Numbered from the stretch's first letter, positions 29,072 to 38,728 are shown. The stretch: DNA of 64,000 nucleotides from Pedobacter sp. (GCA_050253415.1 JBFWJC010000001.1:576001-640000); one strand, 5' to 3'. Numbers and translations are program-made. Notes: a model not told the origin generated them from the sequence alone.

Positions 29072-29701
29072 TCAATCTTCTTTTTCCTGTGCGCTCAGAG
29101 ACAGGGCGATCAAGTGTCGCAGCTGTTTTGCATCGGCCCGCTGCATGGCCTTGCCGGTGATACTGCTGCGGGGAACGTTTTGTCTTTCTCTGGGTGGGTA
29201 GATGGATAGCTCAAGTTCGATGCCGTTTTCTTCCAGGTATAGGTGGGGATAGTCGTGAAACCGGCCGCCTTTGTGGATAGTGACGATTTCAGAGGTAAAG
29301 TCCAGATGCCGGTCGGCCAGGAAATACTCCACTTCTTCCGGATCATCGGCGAACAGGTGCAGGTCGATGTCGCTGCGTTGGGTGACGCAGCCCGAAAGCA
29401 CCGAGCCGATCAGATAGGGACGAAACGGGGCCAATAATTCCATGTACTTGAGCGCCAGAACCCGCATTTGCAGCAGCCGCTCCGGTAGTACCTCGGGTTC
29501 GTGCAGGTTGATCAGGCGTTGCAGTTCGGCGTGGATTTCGCTGTTGGAGGGTAGATGGTGCCCGAGACACAGGCGCTTTTCCAGACCGAAGGCACGCGCC
29601 GCCTTGCGCTTGGCGGTCATGTATTCCTTGATCTGCTCCTCGTACATGAGGCGGGCGGCTTCCCGGGCAATGAGATAACGCAAACGGTCTCGGCGGGTCA
29701 T
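29072..29701 (-). CDS. Nucleotidyltransferase (Pol-beta superfamily) domain protein
   Basis: IAREAARLM N-terminus; GSVLSG...SDIDLHLF. Start reassigned to ATG 29701. Confidence 0.75.
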   Translation of the reverse strand: MTRRDRLRYLIAREAARLMYEEQIKEYMTAKRKAARAFGLEKRLCLGHHLPSNSEIHAELQRLINLHEPEVLPERLLQMRVLALKYMELLAPFRPYLIGSVLSGCVTQRSDIDLHLFADDPEEVEYFLADRHLDFTSEIVTIHKGGRFHDYPHLYLEENGIELELSIYPPRERQNVPRSSITGKAMQRADAKQLRHLIALSLSAQEKED

Positions 29702-29744
29702 ATTTCGAGTATAGCAGGTCGTTGCCGTTACCGGTTCTCGCAAG

Positions 29745-30599
29745 CTATGCCGTTGGGGAGCCTTCGCGCACCTCCAATTGACCTTTAGCAAGCAGCCAGA
29801 CAATGATCTCACGGGGGACGGGATCGAGCTCCAGTGCTTCTTCGACGGACATCTCCCCGCGTTGCAGTTTTTCAAGCAGATGATTCTGGTACCGGCTATG
29901 GGTACGTCGCTGGTAGTAGTCGCGGTAGACCAGAGAAGCTCCGAGCACCGCGATGATGCCCATCATCATCCAGAACACGCCATGACTGATCTCAACGTGG
30001 AAACCGTCCAGAAACAGCTTGGTGCCGATAAAAAAGATCAGCTGGTAGGCCAGATCTTCCAGGCGTGGCAAACGTTCCAACAGTTGGACGAAAAAACTGG
30101 CGGCGAAGCGCAGGAAGATGATCCCCAAAATGCCTCCCACCCAGACCACCAGCAATTTGTCGGTCATGGCGACGGCGGTGGTAATGCTGTCGATGGAAAA
30201 GGCGATGTCGGTTAATTCCACCATCAGCACCGTTGTCCAGAATCCGGCGGCCTGCTTGTCACGCAGTTGGTGAGCGTCTTCCTTGTAAAAGAAGAACATG
30301 TGTTTCATGGCCAGATAGACCAGATAGCCGCCACCGATGAGTTTGAACAATCCGAAGCGCATCAGATGCGCGGCAAATACCAGGGCGATAAAACGGAACA
30401 CAAAGGCACCGACGATACCGTAGGTCAGAGCCTTTTTTTGCTGTTTACGGGGTAGCTTACGCACCAGGATGGCCAGTACCAGGGCGTTGTCCACCGACAG
30501 AATCCCCTCCAGGATGGCGAGGGTGCCGATGGTCAACAGGTCAAAGGCATGGAAATTGACGATTTCCTGGACAAGTTGGGAAAACAATGTGGTGTCCAT
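29745..30599 (-). CDS. TerC/Alx family membrane protein
   Basis: LEGILSVDNALV, VELTDIAFSIDSI, GG.LGI..LRF. Confidence 0.9.
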   Translation of the reverse strand: MDTTLFSQLVQEIVNFHAFDLLTIGTLAILEGILSVDNALVLAILVRKLPRKQQKKALTYGIVGAFVFRFIALVFAAHLMRFGLFKLIGGGYLVYLAMKHMFFFYKEDAHQLRDKQAAGFWTTVLMVELTDIAFSIDSITTAVAMTDKLLVVWVGGILGIIFLRFAASFFVQLLERLPRLEDLAYQLIFFIGTKLFLDGFHVEISHGVFWMMMGIIAVLGASLVYRDYYQRRTHSRYQNHLLEKLQRGEMSVEEALELDPVPREIIVWLLAKGQLEVREGSPTA

Positions 30600-30807
30600 G
30601 ATTTTTCCGTTGCTCGATGGGATAGATTCAAAAGAGGAGAAATGCCGACACCGCGTTCAACCCTACCTTGGATGCCTGTCAGGTAAGTATGGTTGATCGA
30701 CAGGTTGATAACCAATGCCCGGCACTTTGCCAGCAATGCACGCTGGACTCTGTGCCGGGCTTATCTGGATTGCAAGGAATGTCCTGTTCGATAATGATGA
30801 TGGGGCA

Positions 30808-31074
30808 TCAGCGATGTCTGGTCTGCCGTGAGGTTGCATTTATCCTGTCGATATCAGCCTGGACCTGTTTGATGCCGCTCTCGTATACGATTTCCCGCCC
30901 CATCACCGACCCTGCGTAGGCCTTTCCGTTTCGAGTCGGGGTCAGTTCGCATATGACGCTGTGATCCCCTTCCCCGAGTACCACCCGGATCCGTTCGGCG
31001 CGCTTATTGAGAACCTCAACATCCAGGGTTTTACCACTTTCGGTGACACGTACCTCGATCTTCTCTGTGGACAT
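30808..31074 (-). CDS. Hypothetical protein
   Basis: MSTEKIEVRVTESGK..., GGAG RBS upstream of ATG 31074. Confidence 0.65.
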   Translation of the reverse strand: MSTEKIEVRVTESGKTLDVEVLNKRAERIRVVLGEGDHSVICELTPTRNGKAYAGSVMGREIVYESGIKQVQADIDRINATSRQTRHR

Positions 31075-31326
31075 AAAATGATTAACTCCGCATGATTGGG
31101 ATCTGAAAGTGCACCAACCGCGATGCAATGGAATGCAAATTACTTAGGAGGCCGTAGTCTCGAAATGTTGACGGTCGCACCCTAGTAGACCATGAATGAT
31201 CCAGACTTGCAACGGGATGAATTAAAAGCAGCAGTGTGTCAACGATGGCAACCGTTTGGCGACAATGGTGCATCTTCGGATTTTCAGGTTTCAAAAGAGG
31301 CTAGTACCCTCGCGCACCTTGTACGT

Positions 31327-31569
31327 CTACCTGAACAGGGAATCCCTTTTAATTTGATCCATGCGGATATCATATTCAGGTTTGGCAATTTTGCCATCCT
31401 TGTAATCTTGCTCGACTTTGTCCTCTTGCCGCTTCAAATGATACTCATAGCCTCCAGCGCCGGCGGCGGCACCTCCCATAGCACCCAAGCCTGCGCTGCC
31501 GACATTGCTGCTGCATCCGGTCAGTAAAAACGTCGCCAGAAAAATCATCAGAATTCCGGTTCTTTTCAT
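31327..31569 (-). CDS. Small lipoprotein with Gly-zipper
   Basis: Lipobox LTGC, GAMGGAAAGAGG, RBS GGAGG. Confidence 0.75.
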   Translation of the reverse strand: MKRTGILMIFLATFLLTGCSSNVGSAGLGAMGGAAAGAGGYEYHLKRQEDKVEQDYKDGKIAKPEYDIRMDQIKRDSLFR

Positions 31570-31961
31570 AACGCACCTCCGAATCTTGGGTTTTTGTGTC
31601 TTGCATGCAGGGCCCCTTAAATTAAGCCAGGATCACGGGTGTCGAAATACGACCTGATAAGGAGTTTGCATGGCGTATAAAAAAAGCATATTGGATCACC
31701 GGAGAATATCAAGATAAACAACGCAAGCCAGCCAACATCTTCCTTGTCCTGCTCGGGATTCGACTGACGTATATTGCAAGGTATCGGGGAGCTTTATCGG
31801 AGGGCATGCGAAGGAGAGAAAGGCGGCTGACTCATTGCGCATGGGGACGTGTCATGGCCCCATGCACTCAACAAGAGACCGAGATGGTTCGGGCGTGATA
31901 CTTCACCCTTTTTTGCAATGGAGGGTCAAGGTTTCTTGAATTGCCGCAATAGTACGATTTC

Positions 31962-32639
31962 TTACGGACCACGCTCGGCGAGCCAGATAGTATGGAGGTC
32001 GCCCTTGTTGTTGTGCTCTCGTACACGGTTTTGCCTTACTTTGAAGCCAACCTTTTTAAGCCGCTCCGTAAAGTTGCGGTCAGGGCCGGCCGACCACACG
32101 GCGAGCAAGCCTTCGGGGCGTAGCGCTGAGTAGGATGCCGTCAAGCCTTCTATCGAATATAACCAATTGTTTTTTTTGCGGGTCAATCCCTCGGGACCGT
32201 TGTCGACATCCAGCAGAATCGCATCGTAGGCTCGCCGTTCGGACTTCAACACCTTGGCGACATCACCTTCGCGAACCGTGGCGCGCGCATCGCGCAAAGG
32301 ATGTCCCGCATGTTCGCCGAGCGCGCCCTGGTTCCATTTCACTACGGCCGGTACCAGCTCAGCCACCACCACTTCGGCATTGGCGCCGAGGTGCCGTAGG
32401 GCGGCAGCCAGCGTAAAACCCATGCCTAATCCGCCAATCAGTACGCGTGGGTCGGGACGACCAGCGACTTTCTTACACGTAACTTCCGCCAGTGCATCCT
32501 CGGACCCATGAGCGCGTGTGCTCATCAATACCCCCCCACCGACTATGCTGATGGAGAATTCAGAGTCGCGTTGGTGAAGTTGCAGTTCGCCATCGGTGCC
32601 GGGAATCGGAGCGGTGTCGAGCAGTTTCCAGGGAATCAT
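31962..32639 (-). CDS. Spermidine synthase-like SAM-dependent methyltransferase-fold protein
   Basis: GSEDALA, VLIGGLGMGFTL, AEL, LLDVDNGP, AVWS. Confidence 0.8.
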   Translation of the reverse strand: MIPWKLLDTAPIPGTDGELQLHQRDSEFSISIVGGGVLMSTRAHGSEDALAEVTCKKVAGRPDPRVLIGGLGMGFTLAAALRHLGANAEVVVAELVPAVVKWNQGALGEHAGHPLRDARATVREGDVAKVLKSERRAYDAILLDVDNGPEGLTRKKNNWLYSIEGLTASYSALRPEGLLAVWSAGPDRNFTERLKKVGFKVRQNRVREHNNKGDLHTIWLAERGP

Positions 32640-32803
32640 TTAGGGGTCTCGCATCGTAAGGGAAAAGTCAAAGGTGAGATAACAGGAATAGCTACACTGA
32701 ATAACACAAATGGGTATTGTGGGCCAGCCGCAAAAATCGTTCATGCGGAACAACCTGGGAATGGAGCAGAGGTGGCTTGGGCTTTGATCACGATGCAAGA
32801 CGC

Positions 32804-32840
32804 AAAAAGGGCGGCTTTCCCTGGGTGGGTGCCGCCCTTT
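32804..32840 (-). terminator. Intrinsic terminator after the TM2-pilin gene
   Basis: AAAGGGCGGC...GCCGCCCTTT stem with T5 on the minus strand. Confidence 0.65.
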
Positions 32841-32858
32841 GTCAAACATGGATACTGT

Positions 32859-33602
32859 CTATTCGATGAAATGAAACAGGCCGTATCCGCCTTCCATGCC
32901 GAGCTGGTCGGCGATCTCATTTTCGATCTCGGTGCGGGAAGTGGTGACTATCTCTGTGTCGTCACTGCTCGTCAGGTAGGCGTCGTCGCCATTTTTATGA
33001 AAGGTGATGATCTGAAAGTCATCCGGTCCAAGAGACCGATAGTAAACCGCTACACCATCGGCTGCGCCACAGGTCATCTGACCGCTTTGGGTTGGATATG
33101 TCAGGTAATCCGCATAATAAGATTGGGTTTGCGTCATGCAGTTTTTTAAATCGGACATGGCAGCTGCGTTGAAGGCTTTTTGTCGGTAGGCTGCAAATTG
33201 CGGAATGGCGATCGCAGCCAGGATACCGATAAAGGCAATGCCTACCATCGGTACGACAACCGCGAGAACCAGACCGACTCCGCTGGTGTCAGGATAGCGC
33301 TGTTGAAGTTCCGCCTCGCTTTTGAAGCAATAGAGTATAAATTCCACAAAGGCGATCAATCCGGGGATGCCGGTCCAGAAGAAAAGCAGATAAAGGAAGC
33401 CGAGTACATATTTCTTCACATAGAATTTATGGGCACCGAGGCCACCCAGAAAAAAAGTGATCAAAAGAAGAGCAACTTTACTGACGCCCGAGTTTGGTGC
33501 TGCCATGGCCCTGACCCCGCAGTGGGGGCAGATTTCGGCCTGGATATGCAGTTGTTTTCCACAGGTGGAACAAAATTTCCCCTGATCGATGTTTTCCGAC
33601 AT
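32859..33602 (-). CDS. Zn-ribbon + TM2 (NINE) membrane protein fused to a type IV pilin-like helix
   Basis: CSTC...CPHC; LGGLGAHKFY..LYLLFFWTGIP (TM2); IGILAAIAIPQFAAYRQKAFNAAAMSDLKN..YYADYLTYP (pilin alpha1). RBS GGAGG. Confidence 0.85.
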   Translation of the reverse strand: MSENIDQGKFCSTCGKQLHIQAEICPHCGVRAMAAPNSGVSKVALLLITFFLGGLGAHKFYVKKYVLGFLYLLFFWTGIPGLIAFVEFILYCFKSEAELQQRYPDTSGVGLVLAVVVPMVGIAFIGILAAIAIPQFAAYRQKAFNAAAMSDLKNCMTQTQSYYADYLTYPTQSGQMTCGAADGVAVYYRSLGPDDFQIITFHKNGDDAYLTSSDDTEIVTTSRTEIENEIADQLGMEGGYGLFHFIE

Positions 33603-33673
33603 TTTCCCTCCTTGATACATCCCCTGCAGGACATACATACAATAAATGATCCAATTAAAAGTAAACCTGACTT

Positions 33674-33702
33674 AATCTATTGAAAGCCTTGCTATATGTC
33701 AA
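33674..33702 (-). promoter_or_regulatory. Sigma70 promoter for the TM2-pilin gene
   Basis: Minus strand TTGACA-N17-TAGATT. Confidence 0.65.
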
Positions 33703-33761
33703 TAGGCATGACTACCGAAGGTGTTTTGCCTGAATTTACGTGGGTTTCCGTCTGGCGGCTT

Positions 33762-35525
33762 TTAGCCCGGACCAAAAGCTCCCACCGACAGGCCAGTGAA
33801 AAAATGCAGCGCGTAATCTCCAAGCTGGCCCGTGTCATAGCCGCCTTCCTGTACCACCAGGGTCGGTAGTTGAAGAGCCCCGAGAAGGCGCCCGTTCATT
33901 TCGAAGTCGGGAGGACGTAGGGGCCAGGTGCCGGTCGGGTCTCCCATGCCGGTATCAAACCCCAAAGCGATGACCAGAAAATCGGGACGGAACCGCTGGA
34001 TCCGTTTTATGGCGCGTCGCAGTGCCTCATGGTAGCGCTCGACCGTCACATGTTCCGCAAGGGGCAGGTTGAAATTGAATCCCTGCCCCGAGTCCGCACC
34101 GCGCTCTTCGGAAAAGCCGCTGAAGTAGGGGTAAGCGAAGCGGGGATGACCATGGATAGAAACCGTAAGCACGTCCGGCCGGTGGTAGAAAATATCCTGG
34201 GTACCGTTGCCGTGATGGTAGTCGATGTCGAGTACCGCGACCTTGCCGGTGCCACTTAGATAATGGGCGGCAATAGCGGTGTTGTTGAGATAGCAGAACC
34301 CGCCGAACAGGGCGCGTTCCGCATGGTGGCCGGGCGGTCGTATCAGCGCATAGGCCAGACGATGGCCGCTCAATAACTGGCGGGCGGCAGTCAGGGCGCA
34401 ATCGACGCCGCTACTGGCGGCGGGGAAGGCATTGTGCGTCAGCGGCGTAAAGGTGTCGATGCAGTAGTAGCCGGCTCGTGTCGCACGGTCTTTGGGGGGG
34501 CGGCTGGCGTTACGCACCGGGAAAACATAAGGGTAGACCGCCTCATCTGCCGGCAAGGTCGCGCAGACGGTTTTGAGATAGCGCACGAAAGCCCGGTCAT
34601 GCACGGCGGTAATGTGCCTGTCGGAAAAATGTTTAATCGGTAATGGTTCAAACATGCCTGAATCACGCAATTTTTCAAGGATGGCTTGGATGCGCGCCGG
34701 CGCTTCGACATAGCCGCGCTCCCGCACATGATGGATGTCGTGGTGGTGGTTGACGGTCAGCGCAATGCGTTCGTCGGCAGGAACTTCGGTGGTGACGGGC
34801 GGACGGTTAAGCGAGGGGGACCGGTATCGCCAGGGGCGCAAGCGTACCGGATCATCGGTGAAGGAATCGACAACCATGGCCACGTACTCGGGTGGGCAGA
34901 TGTGGCGATATTTGCGTTCCAGTATGGTCTTCACGATGGCCCTGGCTTGCAGTTTGCTCAAGGGATGATCCTGTCCCAGGTCGTCCCACATCAGGTAAGG
35001 GGGATTGTCGCCGTTCTGCTTGATCGGCGTTTCGTAGGCTGTGCCGGCAATGGGGCGGGCGCCATAACGTTCATAAAAACGCAACCGGGCACGGTTCTTT
35101 TTAAGGATTTCTGGATCGCGGCACAGCCGTGGATCATCCGGCAGGCATTCAAAAAACAACCCGGTTGCGCCCAGAGCCCGGGTTTCCTCGCGTACCCGTT
35201 GGTAAAGGGCGCCGCCGATGCCGCGACCGGTAAGCTGGCGGGCGGCGGAAATATATTCCAGATATCCGAATTTCAGTTCCGGTTCGTGCAACAGCAAGGC
35301 AAACCCTTCAACCTGGCGGCGTTGGTTTTCGGCTATATAGAGAATGGCGCGAAAGCCATGTTTGAGCGGGTTGCTCAGTTGCTGGGGAAGTTTGTCGATA
35401 TCGCGGGCCGGCAGGTCGGCAAACTGGGTCCTCAGAATCTGCTGCACATGGTCGATGGCAGTGCGGTTGACAGGCAGCACATCATCATAGATACGTCGGA
35501 TACGAAACATGGCGGTTTCCATCAT
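33762..35525 (-). CDS. GNAT acetyltransferase-histone deacetylase/acetylpolyamine amidohydrolase fusion
   Basis: N-terminus LEYISA..LTGRGIGGALY..FYERYG (GNAT); C-terminus RPPGHH, GGFCYLNN, DIDYHHGNGTQ, GFD..GDP, QEGGY (HDAC). Start 35525, 35522 or 35510. Confidence 0.88.
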   Translation of the reverse strand: MMETAMFRIRRIYDDVLPVNRTAIDHVQQILRTQFADLPARDIDKLPQQLSNPLKHGFRAILYIAENQRRQVEGFALLLHEPELKFGYLEYISAARQLTGRGIGGALYQRVREETRALGATGLFFECLPDDPRLCRDPEILKKNRARLRFYERYGARPIAGTAYETPIKQNGDNPPYLMWDDLGQDHPLSKLQARAIVKTILERKYRHICPPEYVAMVVDSFTDDPVRLRPWRYRSPSLNRPPVTTEVPADERIALTVNHHHDIHHVRERGYVEAPARIQAILEKLRDSGMFEPLPIKHFSDRHITAVHDRAFVRYLKTVCATLPADEAVYPYVFPVRNASRPPKDRATRAGYYCIDTFTPLTHNAFPAASSGVDCALTAARQLLSGHRLAYALIRPPGHHAERALFGGFCYLNNTAIAAHYLSGTGKVAVLDIDYHHGNGTQDIFYHRPDVLTVSIHGHPRFAYPYFSGFSEERGADSGQGFNFNLPLAEHVTVERYHEALRRAIKRIQRFRPDFLVIALGFDTGMGDPTGTWPLRPPDFEMNGRLLGALQLPTLVVQEGGYDTGQLGDYALHFFTGLSVGAFGPG

Positions 35526-35742
35526 GAGAGGGACGGATCCGTTCCTGAATGATGATGGAATTATAGCCGGTTTTCAGGTGCTAGCAGGGGGAAAATCGCA
35601 TCGTCCCTGTCCTGTGCAGCGCTACGGTTGCAACCGTCAATCCTCTAGCTGCCAGTCGGGATCCGGGCTGTCCGCTTGTTCTGGGGTGCATCGGAGCTCC
35701 GGTTATGGATATTCATCAACACGGCGAGTGTGGAATTTTTCT

Positions 35743-35771
35743 TTGACATGATCGTAGCTGCATGGCACTAT
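35743..35771 (+). promoter_or_regulatory. Possible sigma70 promoter for modABC
   Basis: TTGACA-N17-CACTAT with extended TG; overlaps a TGGCA-N6-TGCCA palindrome. Confidence 0.4.
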
Positions 35772-35867
35772 CATGCCACTAGTCGGACTTTCAGGTAAAG
35801 CGCAGGTAACGTTTCGCCTTGATCGTCTCTCGCCACCGGATTTATTTGCCTCGGAAAGGATTCCACC

Positions 35868-36605
35868 ATGCGTTCGCTGCTGATAACCCTGTTGCTGTCT
35901 CTGATGTTTGTTTTGCCTGGTTTTGCCGCCGAGGTTCATCTTTCGGTAGCGGCCAGCATGACCGATGCGGTCAAAGAACTTGTTGCTACTTATGAGACGC
36001 AGGGCAAAGACGTTACTTTGTTGCCCAACTTCGCTTCTTCTGGCGCTCTCGCCAAACAGATTGCTCAGGGCGCACCGGCTGACATTTATATCGCTGCCAA
36101 TCCCAAGTGGATGGACTACCTGGTGACAGAAAAACGCATCCCGGCTGAGCAGGTGCGGACGTTCGCTTTCAATTCCCTGGTGTATGTCGGGCAGAAAGAC
36201 CCTGCTGTTACCCGGCTGGAGGATATCGTTCATCTCCAGCGTATTGCCATTGGCAGTCCCAAAAGCGTACCGGCTGGCCAGTATGCGGAGCAGGCTCTGA
36301 GGGCTGCGGGGCTTTTTGACCAGGTCCAGGGCAAGCTGATCATGGCCAAGGATGTGCGCCAGGCTCTTATGTATGCGGATCGAGGTGAAACCAACGGCGC
36401 GTTTGTCTATAAGACCGATGCATTGCTGGCTAAAGATGCGGTTATTTTATTTGAGGTTCCTCAATCCCTGTACAATGAGGTTACCTATCCGATCGGTCTT
36501 ACCGTTGAGGGGATTAATAATCCTGCTGCGATCGCTTTTTTCGATTTTCTTAAAACCGATCAGGCAACTGGAATCCTGAAAAAATACGGCTTCGTTGTTC
36601 GCTGA
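35868..36605 (+). CDS. modA: Molybdate ABC transporter substrate-binding protein
   Basis: AASMTD, FASSGALAKQI.QGAPAD, SVPAGQYA, DVRQAL, VYKTDA. Confidence 0.93.
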   Translation: MRSLLITLLLSLMFVLPGFAAEVHLSVAASMTDAVKELVATYETQGKDVTLLPNFASSGALAKQIAQGAPADIYIAANPKWMDYLVTEKRIPAEQVRTFAFNSLVYVGQKDPAVTRLEDIVHLQRIAIGSPKSVPAGQYAEQALRAAGLFDQVQGKLIMAKDVRQALMYADRGETNGAFVYKTDALLAKDAVILFEVPQSLYNEVTYPIGLTVEGINNPAAIAFFDFLKTDQATGILKKYGFVVR

Positions 36606-36609
36606 CCGA

Positions 36610-37299
36610 ATGTTCGAATTTTCCCCTACTGATTTGCAGGCAATGCAACTCTCCGCCAGGGTGGCGTTTACCGCTACCCTGGTATCGCTTCCCTTTGGCT
36701 TTTTGATGGCCTACATGCTGGTCTTTACAAAAATTCCAATCAAACCTCTGATCAATGGTCTGGTCAATCTGCCTCTGGTGCTGCCGCCGGTGGTAGTCGG
36801 TTATCTGCTTCTTTTGTCCTTGGGCAATCGAAGTTGGTTGGGGGAACTTTTAGCCGGAGTTGGCATCCATATCATATTTACCTGGAAAGCAGCGGTTCTC
36901 GCCTCGATGGTAGTGGGGTTTCCGTTGCTGGTGCGTTCGATCTGCATCGGCATGGAAGATATCGATGAGCGGCTGCTTCAGGCTGCGCGAACTCTTGGAG
37001 CTTGCCGGTACGATACTCTGTTGACGATCATTTTACCCCTGTCGACGCGCGCCATTATTGCAGGCGCTACGTTGATGTTCGCCCGCAGCCTTGGTGAATT
37101 TGGGGCGACGATTATTCTTGCCGGGAATATTCCGGGCGTGACTCAGACCATTCCCCTGGCGATTTACGACTATACCAGCACGCCTGGGGGGGATCGCATG
37201 GCTCTGGGGCTTTGTCTTGTATCCATCATGCTGGCGCTGGTGGTGTTACTTTTCGATGAAGGGGTAGGTAAAGGTTTCAGGCGCAGGAGACAGCAATGA
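36610..37299 (+). CDS. modB: Molybdate ABC transporter permease
   Basis: LPLVLPPVVVG, AARTLGA, FARSLGEFGATI..AGNIPG.TQT. Confidence 0.93.
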   Translation: MFEFSPTDLQAMQLSARVAFTATLVSLPFGFLMAYMLVFTKIPIKPLINGLVNLPLVLPPVVVGYLLLLSLGNRSWLGELLAGVGIHIIFTWKAAVLASMVVGFPLLVRSICIGMEDIDERLLQAARTLGACRYDTLLTIILPLSTRAIIAGATLMFARSLGEFGATIILAGNIPGVTQTIPLAIYDYTSTPGGDRMALGLCLVSIMLALVVLLFDEGVGKGFRRRRQQ

Positions 37300-38351
37300 A
37301 GCTTGAAGTCTCCCTTGAAAAGCAGTTGGGTCGGTTTAACTTTGCCACGGAATTTTCGGTGGCGCATCGCCGCATGGGGGTGTTTGGCCCTTCCGGCAGC
37401 GGCAAGTCCACCCTGATGCACATGCTTGCCGGATTGCTCAAGCCAGACCGCGGTTTTATCCGACTCGATGAGGAAATCTTGTACGACAGTGCCTTGAAAA
37501 TCCATAGAACATCGGAAAAACGCCGAATTGGCGTGGTTTTCCAGCACGCCAACCTGTTTCCTCATATGGGTGTGCGGCGTAACTTGTTCTACGGCTACAA
37601 GCGTATTCCGAAGGCCGAAAGAAAAATCGACCCCGAGGTTCTGCTTAAGGTGCTTAATTTGAGCCCCTTGCTCGATCGCGGGGTGGGCAGGCTATCCGGG
37701 GGGGAGCGTCAGCGGGTGGCGCTGGGACGTGCGGTCCTTTCGTGTCCGCGGCTAATCCTGTTGGATGAGCCCCTCAATGGTCTTGATGAAGAGCTCAAAT
37801 ATCAAATCATTCCCTATCTGGAAAAGGTGCTTGCGGAGTTTGATATCCCTTTGATGTTTATCAGCCATTCCCTTAACGAGATGCAGTTGATGACCGACCA
37901 GGTGCTTGAGTTGGCGGAGGGTAAACTGTGTGCCCTGACTTCGACGAATGATCTGGCTTTACGCCGACTGGGGACCAGCCAGTCAGGGTATATGAATTTG
38001 CTGAAACTGCATGATCCGTATCCCCAGGCAGGATTATTTGTCTATCGATGGGGAGATCATAAGCTCATGTTGAAAACCGAGGGGGAGCAAGAATCAGGTA
38101 TGTTCCAACTTTCTTCCAGGGAAATTACCCTGTTCAAACGGCATCCTGAGGCGACAAGCGCCCGCAACCTGCTTCATTGCCGGGTCAAGAACCTGTTTGA
38201 TGTGGGTAATCGGGTCGGCGTGGAGCTTGATTGCAATGGCCACATGCTGGTCTCGCAGGTGGTTGGTGAAGCTGTCCGTGATCTTGACTTGCACCCCGGC
38301 TGCGAAATTTTCGCTGTCATCAAGGCTTCGGCATTTCGAAGGCTTTATTGA
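37296..38351 (+). CDS. modC: Molybdate ABC transporter ATPase
   Basis: GPSGSGKST, LSGGERQRVA, LLDEP, SARN and C-terminal TOBE domain. Confidence 0.93.
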   Translation: MKLEVSLEKQLGRFNFATEFSVAHRRMGVFGPSGSGKSTLMHMLAGLLKPDRGFIRLDEEILYDSALKIHRTSEKRRIGVVFQHANLFPHMGVRRNLFYGYKRIPKAERKIDPEVLLKVLNLSPLLDRGVGRLSGGERQRVALGRAVLSCPRLILLDEPLNGLDEELKYQIIPYLEKVLAEFDIPLMFISHSLNEMQLMTDQVLELAEGKLCALTSTNDLALRRLGTSQSGYMNLLKLHDPYPQAGLFVYRWGDHKLMLKTEGEQESGMFQLSSREITLFKRHPEATSARNLLHCRVKNLFDVGNRVGVELDCNGHMLVSQVVGEAVRDLDLHPGCEIFAVIKASAFRRLY

Positions 38352-38631
38352 CCTGACTTGAATCGCCTGCAATCGGAAAATTCGGATGAACACCACGCAC
38401 TGTTTTCCATCGGTCGTTTCTGCTGAGGCGGGAGTGGCCGCGTCTTCTGTTCGGTGGTACGGCAATTGATATGGGGGCTGGCCAAGGCCGGGGCATGGCA
38501 AAGAGGCCATATCTCCAACGCAGGAGAACAGTCCCCTGTTTTTTTACACCGACATCTGGCCGGGTACCGATTCGATTCTAAGGCGTGAGATGGGGCTATC
38601 TGGAGGTTGGGTTGGTCTGGTGTAGCCGGAT

Positions 38632-38657
38632 AAAAAAGTGGCCCCCCGAAGGGGGCC
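38632..38657 (-). terminator. Intrinsic terminator after the aminotransferase
   Basis: GGCCCCC-TTCG-GGGGGCC then ACTTTTTT on the minus strand. Confidence 0.65.
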
Positions 38658-38728
38658 TGAGGAGAAAATATCAAAGTCGAGACTCGGTTGGAGTCTCAGG
38701 GGTTTCATCCGGGGGGTACGGATGAAAG

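Noticed and set aside
30600..30740. yybP-ykoY Mn riboswitch upstream of terC
   Set aside because: Conserved GGGGAGUAG and GAGAC elements are absent; reported instead as an unknown structured leader.
35778..35867. Moco/Wco riboswitch in the modA leader (hairpin with GTAA loop, GGAAAGG at RBS)
   Set aside because: Lacks the CCUAA..UAUGG receptor and GCCUCCCG elements; resemblance is superficial. An Rfam scan would settle it.
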